NCBI GenBank assembly: GCA_963716695.1
Contig: CAVQTT010000005.1
Coordinates: 70,194-134,193, forward strand
Direction: 5' to 3'
Length of the DNA stretch: 64,000 nucleotides
Origin: an uncultured Chloroflexia bacterium
Lineage (GTDB): Bacteria; Chloroflexota; Anaerolineae; Anaerolineales; UBA11858
Of the stretch, positions 47,925 to 58,484 are shown one piece after another. The position numbers and the translations under genes are program-made. The notes beneath the pieces are model-generated. The model ran no database searches. It saw only the letters and a list, made by a program, of their open reading frames with translations, and was not told the origin of the DNA. How positions within the stretch are numbered: the first letter of the stretch is position 1; each line of letters begins with the position of its first letter.

Positions 47925-49777
47925 TGACGGTGCCCTTGCTGGATGACCTCATCCAGCCTGAGTTGGGATAATCTGGCGCTGGTTGGGACCCCGTTCTTGT
48001 CCCAGCCTTGCAGCCGATAGAATTCCGGGAGCATCTCAGCCAACCTGACAACTTGTCCCTGGGCGGGTCCCGATGGCAGGGGTTCACTTAACATCCTGGG
48101 AGGAAGGGTATCATCACTCGCGGTAAATCCGGCTTCGATCAGGAACATACGCTCCAGGTTAAATACCCGCTCCCCGGCTTCCAGCAGGCTTTCCGGAGTG
48201 TAATCAGCTCCGGTGGTTAAGTTCAGTAAACGAGTCAGGCGGGTTGGTAAAATGTTGCTATCAGCATCAAAGAGGTAGCGGACAGCCAGGAAGACGCATA
48301 ATCCAGTGGCATCGATCAATACAAAAGCATCCCCAAATCGTTTGATCAGGGCTGCCTTTCCCTCGGTAGCCAGCGGGTCAATTTTTTCCGGAACACCAAA
48401 AACCTCCATATAGGCCAGGTCCCCCGCCATGTGGGATGCTCCCACACTGGCTGTGGCGTAGAGCAGGCCCATGCCCTGGGCGCCCCGGGGGTCGTATCCA
48501 GGGAACTCCAGCTTGCGGGCGGTTACCGCCAGCTCAGGATGCCCATAATTCTCTGCCAAGCGGTAGCTGCCCTCTGCCAGCTGGGCGCCAAACCCCTCTC
48601 GAACGGCCATTTTCTTGATCATTTCGATCATTCCATCCGCATCACCGAATCCCAGCGGACGACCGATTTCGCTCTCGGGGATGATTCCCTTTTCATACAT
48701 TTCCATCGCCGCGGCTACTGTCATTCCCGCGGAGATCGTATCCAGTCCAAGCTCATTGCAGAGGTAATTGGCCTTGGTGATCGCTGCCAGATTATCGATC
48801 CCGCAGGCGCTGCCCAGGGCAGAAATCGATTCGTATTCCGGGCCTTCACCCTGGCCGTCATATTTTGATCCCTCGGCAACCTCGGTCAGCCGGCCGCAAG
48901 AGATTGGACAGCGGTAGCAGGGTTTGGGGCGGATCAGGTATTTTTCTTTCAGGGTGTGGCCATCAATAGAGTCTACGCCTTCGAATTGGCCGCTCTGGAA
49001 ATTCCGGGTTGGCAGGATCCCCAGCTCATTGGTTATGGGAGGCACGTAGGCTGTTCCATACTCCCGCAGCGAGGAGCCGGCTTTGACTGCTGCCCCAACT
49101 TCCTGCGAGACTTCCAGGCTTAATTTTTTCACTGCCTCCCTGTCAAACAGCGCTGGATCCTTTTTTCCGGCAACAACAACCGCTTTTAGATTCTTGCTGC
49201 CCATCACAGCTCCCACGCCGGATCGGGCTGCTGTCCGGTGTTTGTCGTTCATGATGGAAGCCATCAGGACCAGGTTCTCGCCCGCTGGTCCGATGCAGGC
49301 AACTTTTGCCTTGGGATCGGTCTCCTCCAGCAAAAGATCGGTTGTGATATGGGTATCCAGGCCCCAGAGGTGATCAGCGGGCCGGATCTCAACCTGGTCC
49401 TCGTTCACCCAGATGTAGACAGGTTTTGAGGCTTTTCCGGTCATGATAAAGAGATCAAACCCTGTTCGTTTCATCCAGGTGGGAAAATCACCCCCTGAGT
49501 TGGAGTTGGAAATCGCCCCGGTCAGAGGTGATTTTGTGATCACCATGTAGCGGTTTCCCGTGGGAGCGGGCGTGGCGGTTAATGGGCCGGTGGCGAAAAT
49601 CAGGATATTTTCAGCTGAGAGAGGATCGGCGGCAGGATCCATTTCATCATAAAGATATTTGATCGCCCAGCCGCGGCCGCCAAGAAAGTCTTTCGCGAAA
49701 GAGGGGTCGATGTCTTCCTGTTTTACGATTTGATCGGTGAGGTCGATCCGCAATATTCTTCCATGCCAACCATTCAT
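47921..49777 (-). CDS. aldehyde:ferredoxin oxidoreductase (tungstopterin AOR family)
   Basis: 618 aa. MNGWHGRILRIDLT, GGRGWAIKYL, Cys cluster KPCYRCPISCGR, C-terminal AOR domains. Confidence 0.9.
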   Translation of the reverse strand: MNGWHGRILRIDLTDQIVKQEDIDPSFAKDFLGGRGWAIKYLYDEMDPAADPLSAENILIFATGPLTATPAPTGNRYMVITKSPLTGAISNSNSGGDFPTWMKRTGFDLFIMTGKASKPVYIWVNEDQVEIRPADHLWGLDTHITTDLLLEETDPKAKVACIGPAGENLVLMASIMNDKHRTAARSGVGAVMGSKNLKAVVVAGKKDPALFDREAVKKLSLEVSQEVGAAVKAGSSLREYGTAYVPPITNELGILPTRNFQSGQFEGVDSIDGHTLKEKYLIRPKPCYRCPISCGRLTEVAEGSKYDGQGEGPEYESISALGSACGIDNLAAITKANYLCNELGLDTISAGMTVAAAMEMYEKGIIPESEIGRPLGFGDADGMIEMIKKMAVREGFGAQLAEGSYRLAENYGHPELAVTARKLEFPGYDPRGAQGMGLLYATASVGASHMAGDLAYMEVFGVPEKIDPLATEGKAALIKRFGDAFVLIDATGLCVFLAVRYLFDADSNILPTRLTRLLNLTTGADYTPESLLEAGERVFNLERMFLIEAGFTASDDTLPPRMLSEPLPSGPAQGQVVRLAEMLPEFYRLQGWDKNGVPTSARLSQLRLDEVIQQGHRQ

Positions 49778-49812
49778 TCTGGTCTCCTTATCAGGGGTTT
49801 GATCCTATCAAG

Positions 49813-50052
49813 TTAGCCTCCGGCCACAGCAGAAAAGATACATACCACGTCGCCGGGGGATAGTTTTTGGTCCGGACCAGATACATGCCCGTTCAGCAGG
49901 ACGACATTGCCGTTGTCGAAGCTGATCTCAAAACGCTCAACTATCTGGCCCACATTCGTATCAGGCGGCACCTCGATCTGGCAGGTATTTCCCTGGGCGT
50001 CTTCTGGCAATTTGGATCGATAGCTGGCTAAAAGCTTAACCGAAATTCGCAT
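49813..50052 (-). CDS. MoaD/ThiS-family sulfur-carrier protein
   Basis: 79 aa ending ...FSAVAGG (C-terminal Gly-Gly). Confidence 0.7.
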   Translation of the reverse strand: MRISVKLLASYRSKLPEDAQGNTCQIEVPPDTNVGQIVERFEISFDNGNVVLLNGHVSGPDQKLSPGDVVCIFSAVAGG

Positions 50053-50057
50053 CTGGT

Positions 50058-51188
50058 CTATAGATATCCTTCAGCCCGAAGTATTCCTTCAAAGGCCTGG
50101 TCAGCATCGGCAAGGGCTTTTTTCCGCCAATCATCGGCCTGGGGATTAAATAGCTCCTGGTAGAGCTCTGCAACCCGCTCCCGGATGGTCTCGTTGGCTG
50201 CCCCGTTCCAGCGGCATTGGTTCTCCAGGATCATTGCCCGGGGGGAGTGCACGATCCCATCCAAGATATCCTTTACAGTGCCAAATTCAAAAGCTCCGGA
50301 ATAAAAACGCTTGGCAGGGAACTCTTTTTTCCAGATGCTGTAAAAATAATCCACCATGTCACCCTGGATGGCATAAAATTCTTCACCGGTGGCCGCAACC
50401 ACAAGAGGGTAATTAAACCGGGCCACAAATTCAGCCGAAGGCCGGGTTTCATGAACTGAGTTTACCAGACTCATCTGGTAACGGGGTCCGTATCCGGTGT
50501 GCATGTCCAGGTGCAGGATCTGGTCGTATTGGGACAGGGCATCCCGGTAGAGTTTGATCACGGTTCTGGTCTCTTCTTCGTAATCCTTGCCTCCATAATA
50601 GACACATTCAGGATAGCGGTACTGCCCCAGCAGCGTGGCGTTCCGGAACTCGTCCCGATCCATTTTTGTCATCAGGAGTGCCAGGCTGAGGTAGTGTTTC
50701 AGGTGGCTGAGCAATAAATGCTGGATCTTCCGGCCTGGATTCAAGAAGGTTTTCACCCGGTCATACTCAGGATTTAATTCGGGATCAAAACCCCGGCTGT
50801 CCCACACAAAATTGCGGTTGAGGTCGATATTGTGGGCGTTGACCCGCCTCCGGTTTTTCATCCCCCAGGGGTTGATGACGTGAACAAACACTATACCAGT
50901 TGTGGCTGGATCAAGTTTCGGCAGATATTGATCGATAAAACGCTGCTGCATGGCAGAACCAACAAATCCCTCGATCCCGTGCTCACCGATGGTCAGGAGA
51001 AATACCTTTTCATTCCTGCGGGTTGCCGGACTCTGGATCCAGTCGATTGTCAGGTCCTCGTCCCCGGACAGGGTGTGCTGGGCCAAACGGGCTTCAGGCC
51101 AGCCAGCCTGGATGCGGGCCAGATTGCCGCGGAATCTATCTCGGGAGGCTTCGTAGGTTTCGGGGAAGAGCTTGGATTCTGAGTTCAT
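50058..51188 (-). CDS. M14-like zinc carboxypeptidase superfamily protein (DUF2817-like)
   Basis: GEHGIEG, VHVINPWG, NRRVNAHNIDLNRNF, LHLDMHTGYG. ATG 51188 preferred over the track start 51254. Confidence 0.6.
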   Translation of the reverse strand: MNSESKLFPETYEASRDRFRGNLARIQAGWPEARLAQHTLSGDEDLTIDWIQSPATRRNEKVFLLTIGEHGIEGFVGSAMQQRFIDQYLPKLDPATTGIVFVHVINPWGMKNRRRVNAHNIDLNRNFVWDSRGFDPELNPEYDRVKTFLNPGRKIQHLLLSHLKHYLSLALLMTKMDRDEFRNATLLGQYRYPECVYYGGKDYEEETRTVIKLYRDALSQYDQILHLDMHTGYGPRYQMSLVNSVHETRPSAEFVARFNYPLVVAATGEEFYAIQGDMVDYFYSIWKKEFPAKRFYSGAFEFGTVKDILDGIVHSPRAMILENQCRWNGAANETIRERVAELYQELFNPQADDWRKKALADADQAFEGILRAEGYL

Positions 51189-51271
51189 GGATATTCCTTT
51201 TGAGAGGTCTGTGGGAGTTTGAAGATCAGTGCGGTCAACCCCAGATCTGGTCAAAAACCGCTGACAGCCAG

Positions 51272-52325
51272 TTAATTCCCGGGAGCAGGTCCAGGCTCCA
51301 GCTGGTACTCTAAAAATTTTGTTTCACAGGGTCGTCCGCGCCCGATCCAGCCCCGGCAATTCTGGGGTTGAATAATGATACTGAAGACTGTGACGGTTTC
51401 CAGGCCGTGGGAGCACAGCGAGGCTGGGAAATCGACATGATCGGCAAGCAATTCCTGGAAAAGCTCCGGAGTGAGTTTGCCGAAGTTTTCCCGCAGCAAG
51501 ACGCATGGCCCGGTTATAACGGATGATCGAATCCCCTGTTTTACTTCGATCGGCCTCGAAATGGCGCATCACCGGGCTGAGATAATGATTGGTGTGGGCC
51601 AGGATCTCATCTGAGATATAGAGGGCTTCGCAGTCTGTGGCTGAGCCTTCCATATTATAAACTTCGCCATTGGCGTCAGCGATGAGGTTGTTGTAGCTGG
51701 AGGCTCGCTGGGGCAGAAGGCAGTGAGCCAGAGCTTCCCCTAATCGTTTGGATGCCAGTATGGCGCGGACTACCAGCAGCCGGGGAACCCCGGGGCGGAT
51801 GTCATTCTGGTGGAGCTGGTTGCCGGTCAGGCAGATCCCATTGGCATTGAATCCAGCGCTGATTCCCACTCCTCCAACTGATACTCCCAGGAATTCCGGA
51901 TCAGCGTCGGTTTTGATCTTCAGGATCACCAGGTCTTCTTCTGTCGATGGGAGCAGGTCATTATTGTGGGCTATCAGAGTCGTTCCATCCGCTGTGGCCC
52001 TGCCCCGGGCGGCCAGGTCGCTGCATCCCTTTCCGGCTGCTGATTCCCAGAGCTCCTCACAGATCGAGAGAAAGATCTCTTCAAAGGGGACTCCCGATCC
52101 CTCGGCAATGCCTTCCAGCTCGGTGATGTATTGCGGGTAAACATCCTGGCTGAATTTAAGGTAGGTTTCACTTTGCCGGAGCAGTTCGTCCCAAGTGGTC
52201 CCCGCCGGCGGACTCTGGCGCAAATCACTGATCATGTGTTTGATCTGGGAGCGGCAGGCTGAGCCAATTTGCAGGCCAACGCTGCGGTAATCTCCAGATG
52301 CTTCAACAATAGGAATCGGGTTCAT
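51272..52325 (-). pseudogene. peptidase C45 / Ntn-hydrolase family protein (acyl-CoA:6-APA acyltransferase-like), frameshift near 51495-51503
   Basis: KGCSDLAARGRATADGTTLIAHNND (Ntn Cys context). Track ORFs 51324..52325 and 51272..51499 join as ...IIRYNRAMRL/LRENFGKLTPELFQELLADHVDFPASLCSHG.... Confidence 0.6.
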
Positions 52326-52438
52326 TGGAAATTATTCCGTCTATTTATCAATATCTGATGATGCAGGTCCGACCCCTGGCCGGGTTTTCTGCTCTCCCCT
52401 GCTGCCTCACCCCCCAGGAGCTGGAGTGGGGCTGCGGT

Positions 52439-53843
52439 TTACCCATCCAACGCTAATTCTGCGGCTTTGAGAATGGAGTCTAATTCAGCTTCCTGGGCAT
52501 TATCAAGAGTTTGGACCTCGTGCTCCTGGAGCAGACGTTTAACTTTTTCCTGGGCGCGCTTGACCATGACCTCCCGCTCGGAAACTCGTCCACTCCGACG
52601 TTCTGCCAGCTCTGGAATTGTGATCTCTCCCTTTCGCAGATGCTGGATGGTATGACCGGCACCCAGGAAATTACCTGGCCCATCCATCACTCTGGCTATC
52701 AGATCTACGGCCAGGGAATCTTCATTCACATCCAGGCCTTTGATCAAGCGGCGAACACCAGAAGCAATTTCGTCATCGATCACCATCTGGGTGAATGAGC
52801 CGGTCACGCCCGCTGATAATTCCCCAATCCCGGAGAGTTCATCTGCTCCGGCCAGGGCCGGCAGGGCAGCATTGATTGCTCTCTCGAAGCCGTTTTGCAG
52901 GCTGAGGTCATGAGCGTTGGTTGTCAGCCCGTAAACGTTAACGGGCAGTCCGTAGCTGTGGGCGATCTGTACGGTCGCAGCTGAGACCAACCCCAGTTCC
53001 AGTCCTCCCCATACAGCACCCCCGGTGTGGGGATCCAGGATAGCCAGCCGGCCGCAGTAATATACCGGCAGGCCTGGCTGAGCAGCCTGGGCTATGACGA
53101 TCGAAGCCAGCACTTCTGCGTTCTGTTGGGCCAGAGCGCCGGCCAGGGAGAGGGGAGCGGTTGCTCCGGCAGTTGGGCAGGGCAGCGGGCCAAAAGCAAT
53201 ATTCAGCTGGGCGGTCTCAATGATGGCAGCAGCCAGGTCGTCGGGGAAGAATAAAGGACTGATGGGCGAGATTCCCAGGGAGAGGTATTCTTCGGGTGGA
53301 CCTATCACTTCAGCCAACCGAGCCAGCCAGCGAACTTCGGCGGCGTTCTGGACACCAGGACCGTGAACAGGTTTGGATGGTAAAAGGTAGTGTATGGCGG
53401 TACATGGCCAGGCTGATGATCTCACCCGGCACATCCTGGGGTGTGAAAAAGGGAGTTATATCGGTGCAATTGGGCAGCGCGTCAAGCAGATGGGCCGCTT
53501 TTTGTACATCAGCGATGGTTGCTGGCCTCCGCAGATTGCCCCCCGATTCGTAGACATCTGGCGCGCCGCCCAGGTTATGCCAGTGCAATTCTCCATTCCC
53601 GGGTTTAACTGAACCTCCACCGCGTCCTTTTAAAGTGAAAGTTGTCGGACAGAGTTTCAGGGCTGCGTTCACCACAGCGGGGGGGAGAAGGACTTTTTCC
53701 TCCAGGACAGTCGCTCCAGCGCCGTCGAGCAAATCCCGGGCCCCCGGGTGCGTTAAACGTATGCCTGTCTCACTCAGAATCCGAAGAGTGGCATCTTGGA
53801 TGGATTGGATATCGGAAGGAGAGAGGAAAGTGAGTGGGGCCAT
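52439..53843 (-). pseudogene. MttB-superfamily (trimethylamine methyltransferase-like) protein, non-pyrrolysine, frameshift near 53376-53386
   Basis: Track ORFs 53310..53924 and 52439..53434. Junction ...GEIISLAMYRHTLP(FT)/SKPVHGPGVQNAAEV.... No in-frame TAG. ATG 53843 (MAPLTFLSPSDIQSIQDATLRIL) is the likely start. Confidence 0.7.
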
Positions 53844-54029
53844 AATTCCCCAATGAGGATTTCCGCAGGTAGGTAGGCTGATTCTTAGGGACATTATATT
53901 TGAGTTACGGCACTGCGTCAACAAATCTGCCTCCGAATAGATTAGCCTGAAATGTCGAGGATTATCGGCTAAACCATGCTAGAATAAAATAATCTTATCG
54001 AACGCTATTCAGGAGTTATAGAAACTCTG

Positions 54030-55645
54030 TTGGCAGACTATCAAGACGCAATTCAAAAGATAGATGCATTTATCAAGCGTGAGATGAACACATTCAATGC
54101 CCCGGGAATATCCGTCGGCATCACGAATGCTGATCTAACTTTGTGCGTCAAATCCTATGGTCTGGCAAATCTAGACGCAGCCATCCCTGTTAATCCCCAG
54201 ACTTTATTCCAAATCGGGTCCATCAGCAAATCCTTCACCAGCATCGTTCTGCTCCAGCTTCAGGAGCAGGGCCTTGTGGACCTTTCTGCCCCCCTGACTC
54301 AGTATCTGCCCTGGTTTGAAATTCCTTCCGAGAACAAACCCATCACCCTTCAGCATTTGATGAGCCACACTGCGGGGATTATCATGGGATCTGACGCAAC
54401 TCCCTGCGCCACTTCTGAGGTCTGGGATTTGCGACACACACGGGCCACGGCTCCACCAGGAGAGAGGTTCCATTATTCCAACAGCGGCTATAAGGCACTC
54501 GGCCTGGTGATTGAGGCAGTGCTTGGCCAGGATCTGGGGGAGATCTTGAAGCAGCGAGTTCTGGATCCGCTGGGCATGTCCGAATCCCGGTCGGTGATCA
54601 CGAACCAGATCCGCTCCCTGCTGGCAGTGGGCTACGAATCTTTATATGATGACCGCCCCCTGCCCTCCGGCGGCCCCCTGGCTCCAGCACCCTGGTTTGA
54701 GAATGCCACCGCAGATGGATCGATCTCTTCGAACCCGGGTGATATGTGCCTTTACCTGCGCTGTTTGCTTAATGAAGGAGCGGGCCTGATCAGACCTGAA
54801 AGTTTCCAGCAGTTGATCGCCCCGCTGATCCCCTCAGAAGATGGCCTTCACGGCCAGCACTACGGGCTGGGTTTATTCACCAGCCAGATCAACGGTCACA
54901 GGGTTATTGGACACAGCGGTGGCATGGTTGGCTATACCGCGGATCTGCTGGCCGACCAGGATGCCAAACTCGGTATTGTCGTACTGATGAATGGCCCTGG
55001 AAATCCCGAAATAATCAGCCGCCACTTGCTCAGTTTATTGATTGCCAGCCAGTCTGGTGAGGAACAGCCGCCTGACTTCAGGCGGAAAAAACCAGGACAT
55101 GTGCGGCAGATTATACCGGTGAATATCAGTGCGGAAAGAAAAGCTTCACCCTGGTTTCCCGGGATAACCAGCTCTGCCTTAAGGGCGCGGACGTTATATT
55201 GGAACCCCTGAAAAGGGATCTTTATTTGATTCCCCACCCAGATTTTGAATTGTTCCAGGTGCGTTTTGGACGGAGTGATCAGGAGGTGGAAGGTGATCCA
55301 GGGCAGGTTGTGGAAGCTTTCCATGGGCCGGATTGGTATGTCAGGTCAAATTACCAGGGAGAGACAAATTTTGATATCCCTCCCGTCTGGTTGGCTTTTA
55401 CAGGTCATTATCGGGCGCATAATCCCTGGATGACCAACTTCAGGGTTTTGATCCAGAAGGATCATTTGATCCTCTGTCATCCCCAGTATGGTGGTGAGAT
55501 CCTGCACCAGACCGGAGAACACAGCTTTCGGGTTGGTGAGGACCCGCTATCGCCAGAGTTTATCCACTTTGAATTGATCCTTAATGGTAGAGCTATGGGT
55601 GCCAATCTGTCTGGCAGCAGGTACTGCCGGGCATTTACAGCGTAG
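54030..55645 (+). pseudogene. serine hydrolase, beta-lactamase/transpeptidase-like, frameshift at A6 run 55086-55091
   Basis: SISKS (SxxK) and YSNSGY (YxN) motifs. Hand translation of the second frame upstream of track ORF 55199..55645 gives AADYTGEYQCGKKSFTLVSRDNQLCLKGADVILEPLKRDLYL..., continuous with the C-terminal domain. Confidence 0.7.
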
Positions 55646-55709
55646 AATTTCCATCTGAATCGGGCTTATCCATACATTTTTAGAAAACCATTCAAAAGGA
55701 GAAAATGCA

Positions 55710-57326
55710 ATGAAGAACAAACTGATTACCATCCTGATCTTGCTGGCCTTCGTGCTTGGGGCCTGCACACCGGGGGCTGATTCCCCGGGACCTGACGCTG
55801 CAGCCGAACCGGTATCCATGACTGTAGGGACCACTTACATCTGGGATACTGCCAACCCCACCTTCGGTTGGTACGGCTACGAATTGCGCTATATGATCTA
55901 TGACACCCTGGTGGAAGAGATGGGCATCAGTGATTTCCAGCCCGGCCTGGCCGAAAGCTGGGAGGTCTCTGATGATGGCCTGGTGTGGACTTTCAAGATC
56001 CGGGAAGGCGTCACCTTCCACGACGGCACACCCTGTGATGCCAACGCTGTGGCCTGGAGCCTGAATTGGACCCTGGAAAATGACATCGAGACATTTGCCT
56101 TCTATCTCTACAACTTCGCTGAAATAGTCGCCCTGGATGACACCACCCTGCAGGTGACCTTATCGGATCCTGTTGGCAATATGGAATATTTGCTGATGTA
56201 TGTCTGGATCCTGCCCGAAAGCGTCTGGGGTGAGATGACCTATGACGAGATCATGGAATTCGAAGATATCGCAGCAGCTACGGGAACAGGTCCATATGTG
56301 CTGAAGGAATGGGTTGAGGGTGAGTACCTGATCCTTGAAGCCAACCAGGATTATTTCCGCGGGGCCCCGGCGATTGATGAGATCATTTGGCGGGAATATG
56401 CTACTGAGGATTCAACAGTGCAAGCTCTCATAGCCGGAGAGATCGACGTCATTGCATCTGACACGATTCCATCTACAGCCATTGAGACTCTGCAGGCAGC
56501 TGATAACATCGAAGTGCCGATCATGGAATCTACCACGATTGACGAGTTGATCATCAACTCTCACGAGGAAGGTTCCCAGCCAGCCAGCCTGTGGGATCCA
56601 GCAGTGCGTCTGGCGATCGCCTACGCGATTGACAAGCAGCAGATCATCAATGTGGCTTACCTCGGTTATGCAGACCCGGCATCGGTGATCATACCCCGTT
56701 CGATGGGTGATTGGCACAACTCCGATGTAGTGGATATTCCATTTGATGTGGCTGCCGGCAATCAGGTATTGGACGAGGCTGGTTTTGTTGACAGCGACGG
56801 CGACGGCGTTCGAGAATACTCAGATGGAACACCGCTGGAATACCGGCTCTACGCCACCGACGGTGCTACAGAAGCTCGCATTCTGGAGATCATTTCCAAT
56901 GGTCTATCCCAGATCGGCATCTCCGCCCCGCCCACACTGATGGACGAGGATAGTTTGATCAGCCTCTACCCAGCGTTCGATTTTGACCTGGTCTATTGGG
57001 GTTGGGGCCTTGACCCGGATCCTGATTTTGCCATGTTGATCTTCACCTGTGACCAGCGGGAAGAGGGCGGCTGGAGCGACAGTGGATACTGCGACGAAGA
57101 ATTTGAGCAGATGTACTATGAACAATCCATCACTGTCGACCACGAAACCCGACGCCAGTTGATCTGGGAGATGTCCGCCAAACTGTTTGAGGAACGCCCC
57201 TATATTGTTTTGGGCTACCTGAAGAATATTCAAGCCTACCGGAGTGACCGCTTCACCGGCTTTGGTCTTGAACCAGGAGATATCCTCTGGAAGGCGGGTC
57301 TGCTGCAGGCCCGGCCAGTGGAATAA
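55710..57326 (+). CDS. ABC transporter substrate-binding lipoprotein, family 5 (peptide/nickel type)
   Basis: Lipobox VLGAC. 538 aa, SBP_bac_5-like. Confidence 0.8.
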   Translation: MKNKLITILILLAFVLGACTPGADSPGPDAAAEPVSMTVGTTYIWDTANPTFGWYGYELRYMIYDTLVEEMGISDFQPGLAESWEVSDDGLVWTFKIREGVTFHDGTPCDANAVAWSLNWTLENDIETFAFYLYNFAEIVALDDTTLQVTLSDPVGNMEYLLMYVWILPESVWGEMTYDEIMEFEDIAAATGTGPYVLKEWVEGEYLILEANQDYFRGAPAIDEIIWREYATEDSTVQALIAGEIDVIASDTIPSTAIETLQAADNIEVPIMESTTIDELIINSHEEGSQPASLWDPAVRLAIAYAIDKQQIINVAYLGYADPASVIIPRSMGDWHNSDVVDIPFDVAAGNQVLDEAGFVDSDGDGVREYSDGTPLEYRLYATDGATEARILEIISNGLSQIGISAPPTLMDEDSLISLYPAFDFDLVYWGWGLDPDPDFAMLIFTCDQREEGGWSDSGYCDEEFEQMYYEQSITVDHETRRQLIWEMSAKLFEERPYIVLGYLKNIQAYRSDRFTGFGLEPGDILWKAGLLQARPVE

Positions 57327-57345
57327 CTCGTTGAAATAAAACCGC

Positions 57346-57436
57346 AGAATTGGATGCGGACGAAGGGAGAGATGAAGGGATCTGGAGCAGTTTTATCAGA
57401 TCCCCAGTCAAACCGCTTGAATCCGCATCCAGTTCT
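57346..57436 (+). other. nested stem-loop element between the SBP and permease genes
   Basis: Outer 15-bp stem agaattggatgcgga / tccgcatccagttct (one G-U). Inner 8-bp stem gggatctg / cagatccc. Confidence 0.55.
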
Positions 57437-57465
57437 AAAATAGATTACTACCTTAAAACAGCATT

Positions 57466-58479
57466 ATGCAGAGAAGCGACTACTTCATCCGTAAAATCGG
57501 TTTTGCGATTGCCACGTTGGTCGTGGTGATCATATTTAACTTTTTTCTTTTCCGCATCCTGCCCGGTGATCCGGTCAAACTGATCATCCACAGCCCGCGC
57601 ATGACTCGCGAGGCCCAGGAGAGGATCAGGGAGACTTTTGGCCTTGACCGTCCAGTATGGCTGGACGTCGAAGCCCTCAAGGACGGCGATTTCCGGGGGG
57701 CATTTGACACCCAATTTACCGCCTACGTTGGAAACCTGTTTCGCGGCGATCTGGGTGTGTCGTTCGCCACCCGCACCGATGTCGCCGTGCTGCTCCGGGA
57801 GCGCCTCTGGCGCACAGTTGTGCTGATCCTGCTTGGTGAAACGCTGGCGATTGTTCTTGGTATTGGCCTGGGATTGCTGGCTGCCTGGCGGAGAGGTTCA
57901 AAACTCGATACAGGCATCTTGCTGTGGGGATTATTTACCTGGGCGATGCCCACCTTTTTCTTTGGAATTATTCTGATCATGCTGGCCCGCGGTTTTTTGC
58001 CGGTGGGTGGAATGGCTACACCAGGTCTGCGTCCCGCTGACGGCTGGGTTTTTTGGAAAGATGTTGGCAAACATTTGATCCTGCCCACCCTGACCCTGAC
58101 CCTGCTTTATATGAGTGAATATATGCTGATCATGCGCAGCAGTGTTGTGGAAGTCCTCAGCGAGGATTACGTCCTGACTGCCAAAGCCAAGGGGCTGAGC
58201 ACTTTTGAGATCTTCCGCCGGCATGTCCTGAAGAATTCCATGCTGCCGATGGTGACGATCATCGCCCTGACCCTGGGTTATACCGTGGGGGGCACCATCC
58301 AGGTGGAAACGGTCTTTTCCTGGCCGGGATTGGGCCGGCTGATGTTCGAAGCAGTCCAAAAACGGGATTATCCGGTACTGCAGGGCACATTCTTAATCCT
58401 GGCTGTGAGCGTGATCCTGGCGAATTTGCTCGCCGACCTTCTATACACTTTCCTTGACCCGCGAGTTCAACCGGACTGA
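57466..58479 (+). CDS. ABC peptide transporter permease (DppB/OppB-like)
   Basis: 337 aa, 6 TM, typical N-terminus IRKIGFAIATLVVVIIFNF and C-terminus DPRV. Confidence 0.85.
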   Translation: MQRSDYFIRKIGFAIATLVVVIIFNFFLFRILPGDPVKLIIHSPRMTREAQERIRETFGLDRPVWLDVEALKDGDFRGAFDTQFTAYVGNLFRGDLGVSFATRTDVAVLLRERLWRTVVLILLGETLAIVLGIGLGLLAAWRRGSKLDTGILLWGLFTWAMPTFFFGIILIMLARGFLPVGGMATPGLRPADGWVFWKDVGKHLILPTLTLTLLYMSEYMLIMRSSVVEVLSEDYVLTAKAKGLSTFEIFRRHVLKNSMLPMVTIIALTLGYTVGGTIQVETVFSWPGLGRLMFEAVQKRDYPVLQGTFLILAVSVILANLLADLLYTFLDPRVQPD

Positions 58480-58484
58480 CCATT

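Noticed and set aside
53310-53434. Pyrrolysine (in-frame UAG) in the MttB-family gene as the cause of the ORF split.
   Set aside because: The two pieces are in different frames and overlap. The break is a frameshift, no TAG is at the junction, and no pyl genes are in the window.
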